Made by a program: the position numbers and the translations under genes | Origin: Thermodesulfobacteriota bacterium | Lineage (GTDB): Bacteria; Desulfobacterota; Desulfobacteria; Desulfobacterales; SURF-7 | Direction: 5' to 3' | Assembly (NCBI GenBank): GCA_049320885.1 | Contig: JBMORA010000042.1 | Span: 27,134-91,133, forward strand | Length of the DNA: 64,000 nt | The notes under the pieces: generated by a model | Database searches by the model: none | What the model saw: only the letters and a program-made list of their open reading frames with translations | Told to the model about the DNA's origin: nothing | In this document: positions 59,914 to 64,000 of the stretch, one piece after another | Numbering within the stretch: the stretch's first letter is position 1 | Layout of the letters: each line of letters opens with the position of its first letter

Positions 59914-62900
59914 ATGATCAAATCCAAGGCATTGGAGGTCAATATCGCCGACTACCGGGTCGATGTGGTCATCGACCCCCGATATGCGCTGCTCCAGAAT
60001 ATCATGTCCAGGTACTACGGGCTGATGGAGGGGTTGAATACCTTTCTCACGGAACTTTCCCATCCCTACAAAAACTGGCAGTTCATCGTGGATGAAGCCC
60101 GGACCTACTCCCTGAATTATTTCCACCTGTTTCAGAAACACCCCCAGGGTCCCGAAGCCGCCCATCTGTTGGTTGCCGTTTTTTTTGACGCCCTTATATC
60201 AGCAGGCGCCCGACCGGTTCAGACCGAAGCGGCGGATAATCTGCTGCTATTCCTTCATAAAATCATCAAGGAAGCCGGGGCGGAAATCGGCGTGTTCATG
60301 CCGGTGCTGGGCAGGGCCTTTGACCGCATCCGCGACCTTCCGGGCGACAAATTTTCTCTGTTTGTCAAAAGTTACTACCAGCTGAAACGCCTGGGGGACG
60401 ATCTGTTGAAATACGAAGACGAACAGGCGGGCGGATTTCAGGGGCTCAACCTTCTGCTGATCCGGTATTTTCAGGCTATTTATGATTATTGGCTGAACGA
60501 GGAAGACCCGCTCGACTGGTTTTTGCGGGAGGCCGGGGACATTCCGGTGCATCTGGATCTGCGGACGGTCTTCAACGATATCTCCCTTCACCGCATCCGG
60601 CAAATGCGGGCCGGTCTGGAATCCATCCCCGGACGGGAAGACTTCGGGACACCCCGGACGACCAGAGAGCTTTGCACCTTCCCCGCCTACTCCCATTTTG
60701 TGAACCACTATCTGAAAATCCCCCAGCGGCTCTTTGAATTGGGCCAGGATAGCGGCGAAGGCAACCGCTGGAAACTGGTGTTCCTCTTCCGGATCATGAA
60801 CATTTCCGGCCTGGCCCTGATCCATGAAGAGGCCCTGCGGGGCATCAACCGCACGCTCACCTGGCTCATCGCCCACGAGGACCAGAACCGGGTCCGGAAA
60901 TTGATTCAACACACTTTTTCCATCCTGAAAAAACGCGCGGATGATTTCCCGGCCACCGCCCTCAACTGCGTCTTGAATATGGGCGAAGGCGTCTACAAGC
61001 TCGATGACAACGATTTTGTCAATTTCTTCACGGATTTCGTTATCGATCTGGGGTTTCAGTTGCCCATGATTCAAGGTGTGGGCGATGACTGGCAGATCCG
61101 GGTCAATCATGACCATATTCAGAACATCCGCACCTGGCTCAGACTCATCGAGCGCAAGCCCCAATGGTCCACCCGGCTGTTGTCGGCCCTGATCATCCAC
61201 CTGTCCATCAGCGGCGTATTCATCAAGGATACGGATTTGTTCCCGAGGGACATCACGCGGTTTCTGAACAGCGATATCGAGCCGGTCTATAACCTCTGCA
61301 AGCAATTGAATCGCCTGTTCCCGGCCTTTTTCAACAACATCGGCGCCGAGGGCGAGCTGCGTGACATTTCCACCCGGATCGACGAGATCAACAACCGCAA
61401 AGACATCCTGGTTCATTTTCTGCGCAAGCAAAGCCATGTGGAAAGCAGCAACCGGGTGATCAATCTCATGGAAGCGGTCTTCCATTTCTGGAAAACCAGG
61501 GACAAGCGCCACCTGCACCACTTTATACCCGCAGGCATATACGATCAGATCGATTCCGCAGGACCCTATATCGACGGCATCCATTGGATCGTTTCCTTTC
61601 TGGGCGAAACCGGGGTCACCACCCTCAACGATTTGCTGGCTCTTCCCCAGGAGGAACTGGAAGCCCGCCTCGACGGGCTTCCCGACGCACTGCAGATTGA
61701 TCGACAACGAATCATCCTGGCCCGTTCCTACTACAAACTGCTCAACCAGAAATACAACCTGAACTTCCTCGAAATCGATCAGTACATCACCCAGCTCAAT
61801 ACCGAGGCATTTCCAGACCTGGAGCAGCTGAAAAAGGCCCTGGCCGAAACGGAGTTGAAGCAGAAAATCAAAGCCCTGTTGGCCTACCTCGCCCGGTTGA
61901 AGGAGCTGATACTGTCCCCGGTGGAATATGAAATCCGTGAGGATATCTACCAGAAGCGCCACATCACCGTGGACATTCCCTCCATGTACGGAAGCTATCA
62001 TGAATTGAAATTCGACGCCCTGGGACTTACGTTCCGGATCGAATCCCTGCTGAATGTCCTGTTTGAGGAACTGGTGGAGACCATGGACCTGACCCTGATC
62101 ACCAAGGCGACGTTCTTTCAGATTTACACGCGCTTTGAACTGTTCGGCCAGGCCCTGGAACTGGATGGGATCGGCTCCAACGAGTTCGGTCACCAGATGG
62201 ACTTCCTGGCCCACGCCTTACAGACCCGGGGATTCTCCTATACCCAGTATCTGGATATCTTCAAGGGGTTCGCCCTGGCGGTAAAAAATATTTTCATGGA
62301 TCATTTCAACAACATCCATGAACGAAATCTCGATCATATCCTGACCAAGATTCCCCCTGACCAGCTCCTGCCCAAATATCTGCCGCTGGATCCATCCGTG
62401 GATACCGAAAAACTTCGGCACCGGGTATCGGAAATTTTTTTCCGTGAAAAAATCGCCCTTTCCCTGGGTCTGACCCAGCTGGATCGGCTGCTGAGCCGGG
62501 TCCTGAACATCCTGTTCACCCAGGCGGAAAAACTTTCCAAGGAAAACCTGCATCTATTGCTGAACTATGACCCCCAGCACGCCATGACCGCCATCGACGA
62601 CACGGGTCATATCCATTATGGAATTATCCTGCTGGGCAACAAAGGTCTGAATCTCATGAAACTGCAAGGCTACGGCTGGCCCATCCCGCCCGGCTTCATC
62701 ATCACCACCGAGGTGTTCCGCTGCCGCAGAATCATCGCAACCTACAAGGCGGCGGATGAGAATTTCCGGCACCAGGTCATGGGCCATGTCCGCCTGATTG
62801 AAGAAAAGACCGGGAAACGGCTCGGCTCCCCCCAAAACCCCCTGCTCTTTTCCGTCCGCAGCGGCTCGTCCATTTCCCAGCCCGGCATGATGGACACCCT

Positions 62901-64000
62901 GCTGAACGTCGGCATCACGGAGACAATCGCCGAAGGAATCGCCGCCCAGACGGGAAATGCATGGTTCGCCTGGGACAATTACCGCCGATTCCTTCAATGT
63001 CACGGTATGGCTCACGGTCTTGAGCGCAACGCCTTTGACGCTGTCATCAACGAATACAAGGCCCGGCTTGGAATTCCATATAAAAGCGATTTCAGCGGCG
63101 AACAGATGAAAACCGTGGCCCTGGCGTATAAAGAACTAGTCCTTGGCTCCCGCATCGAGATCCTTGAAGATCCATTTGAGCAACTGCTCCTCAGCATCAA
63201 GAACGTGTTTGACTCCTGGGAATCCCCGAAAGCCAAGGCCTATCGTAAAATCATGGGCATTTCCGATGACTGGGGGACCGCGGCGACTGTCCAGTCCATG
63301 GTCTTCGGTAATCTCTCGGCCCAGTCCGGAACCGGTGTTCTCTTCACCCACAGCCCCCGGCTGTCCCGTGATTCCCTGCGGTTGTGGGGAGATTTCACCA
63401 TCGGGAACCAGGGGGAGGATGTGGTGGCCGGACTGGTCAAGACCCTGCCCATTTCCCGGATTCAGCAGGAAATGGAGCAACGGGAAACGGACATTACCCT
63501 TGAAACCCATTTCCCGGAGGTATACAATACTCTTAAAGCATACGTTTTTCAGTTGATCTACGATAAGGGCTGGAGCCCTCAGGAAATGGAATTTACGTTC
63601 GAGCGGCCTTCCCGGAACGATCTGTATCTCCTGCAAACCCGCGACATGTCCATGCGGGAGCGCAAAAAAGAGTATATTTTCGACCTGTATGACGTGCTGG
63701 GCAAGGACATTTTCCTGGGACACGGCATCGGCGTGAGCGGCGGCGCCCTCAGCGGCCGGATCGTTTTCACCCTGAAAGAGATCGATGACTGGCGGAGAAA
63801 AGAACCGGAAAGGCGATTAATCCTGGTGCGCGGCGATACAGTGCCCGACGACATCCTTGAAATATCCGCCAGTGACGGCTTGCTGACCGCCAGGGGCGGG
63901 CTGACTTCCCATGCCGCCGTGGTGGCCCATCGCCTGGAAAAAACCTGCGTGGTGGGATGCGGCAATCTGATCTGCAATGAAAAACAGAAAACAGCCCTGT
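59914..64000 (+). CDS. Giant PPDK/PEP-synthase-like dikinase with a ~900-aa N-terminal extension; runs off the window
   Basis: AAAGGA RBS; MIKSKALEVNIADY...; ATP-grasp motifs LGNKG, PPGFIITT, SVRSG...PGMMDT, VQSMVFGN and QGEDVVAG; phospho-His motif GGLTSHAAVVA near 63900 in the same frame as the start. Confidence 0.88.
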   Translation, partial: MIKSKALEVNIADYRVDVVIDPRYALLQNIMSRYYGLMEGLNTFLTELSHPYKNWQFIVDEARTYSLNYFHLFQKHPQGPEAAHLLVAVFFDALISAGARPVQTEAADNLLLFLHKIIKEAGAEIGVFMPVLGRAFDRIRDLPGDKFSLFVKSYYQLKRLGDDLLKYEDEQAGGFQGLNLLLIRYFQAIYDYWLNEEDPLDWFLREAGDIPVHLDLRTVFNDISLHRIRQMRAGLESIPGREDFGTPRTTRELCTFPAYSHFVNHYLKIPQRLFELGQDSGEGNRWKLVFLFRIMNISGLALIHEEALRGINRTLTWLIAHEDQNRVRKLIQHTFSILKKRADDFPATALNCVLNMGEGVYKLDDNDFVNFFTDFVIDLGFQLPMIQGVGDDWQIRVNHDHIQNIRTWLRLIERKPQWSTRLLSALIIHLSISGVFIKDTDLFPRDITRFLNSDIEPVYNLCKQLNRLFPAFFNNIGAEGELRDISTRIDEINNRKDILVHFLRKQSHVESSNRVINLMEAVFHFWKTRDKRHLHHFIPAGIYDQIDSAGPYIDGIHWIVSFLGETGVTTLNDLLALPQEELEARLDGLPDALQIDRQRIILARSYYKLLNQKYNLNFLEIDQYITQLNTEAFPDLEQLKKALAETELKQKIKALLAYLARLKELILSPVEYEIREDIYQKRHITVDIPSMYGSYHELKFDALGLTFRIESLLNVLFEELVETMDLTLITKATFFQIYTRFELFGQALELDGIGSNEFGHQMDFLAHALQTRGFSYTQYLDIFKGFALAVKNIFMDHFNNIHERNLDHILTKIPPDQLLPKYLPLDPSVDTEKLRHRVSEIFFREKIALSLGLTQLDRLLSRVLNILFTQAEKLSKENLHLLLNYDPQHAMTAIDDTGHIHYGIILLGNKGLNLMKLQGYGWPIPPGFIITTEVFRCRRIIATYKAADENFRHQVMGHVRLIEEKTGKRLGSPQNPLLFSVRSGSSISQPGMMDTLLNVGITETIAEGIAAQTGNAWFAWDNYRRFLQCHGMAHGLERNAFDAVINEYKARLGIPYKSDFSGEQMKTVALAYKELVLGSRIEILEDPFEQLLLSIKNVFDSWESPKAKAYRKIMGISDDWGTAATVQSMVFGNLSAQSGTGVLFTHSPRLSRDSLRLWGDFTIGNQGEDVVAGLVKTLPISRIQQEMEQRETDITLETHFPEVYNTLKAYVFQLIYDKGWSPQEMEFTFERPSRNDLYLLQTRDMSMRERKKEYIFDLYDVLGKDIFLGHGIGVSGGALSGRIVFTLKEIDDWRRKEPERRLILVRGDTVPDDILEISASDGLLTARGGLTSHAAVVAHRLEKTCVVGCGNLICNEKQKTAL

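Noticed and set aside
60247..62214. 655-aa minus-strand ORF
   Set aside because: Antisense shadow of the plus-strand dikinase gene, which the ORF track omits because it has no stop in the window.
1..64000. Prophage, IS elements, defence systems, rRNA and tRNA genes
   Set aside because: No integrase, transposase, phage structural, cas or restriction genes and no tRNA or rRNA signatures were recognised by eye.

Overview
Gene-dense, GC-rich bacterial chromosomal segment. Gene content (fhs, icmF with short-chain beta-oxidation genes, a cobalamin riboswitch, a UGA-containing glutaredoxin-like gene, many hybrid histidine kinases) suggests an anaerobic Gram-negative deltaproteobacterium, probably Desulfobacterota; this is an inference. 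About 45 CDSs are supportable. No rRNA, tRNA, CRISPR array, transposase or integrase was seen. Three genes are missing from the supplied ORF track: a 75-codon glutaredoxin-like gene with two in-frame UGA codons, each followed by a SECIS-like hairpin (57701-57928); a giant dikinase-like ORF running off the right edge (59914 onward); and a decayed glyoxalase/VOC pseudogene (6887-7189). The best candidate for an undescribed system is a cobalamin-riboswitch-controlled operon (about 24325-27872). It encodes a Zn-dependent dehydrogenase, a TrpD-like phosphoribosyltransferase with altered substrate motifs, and CobT, and may represent an uncharacterised route for making or salvaging the cobamide lower ligand or nucleotide loop. 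Also notable are a TPR/beta-barrel + FecR + beta-helix surface protein cluster, a pseudopilin-like protein with three unfamiliar repeats next to a pilin, and a perfect 22-bp operator ahead of the TetR-icmF cluster. All family assignments come from motif recognition by eye; no database searches were run.
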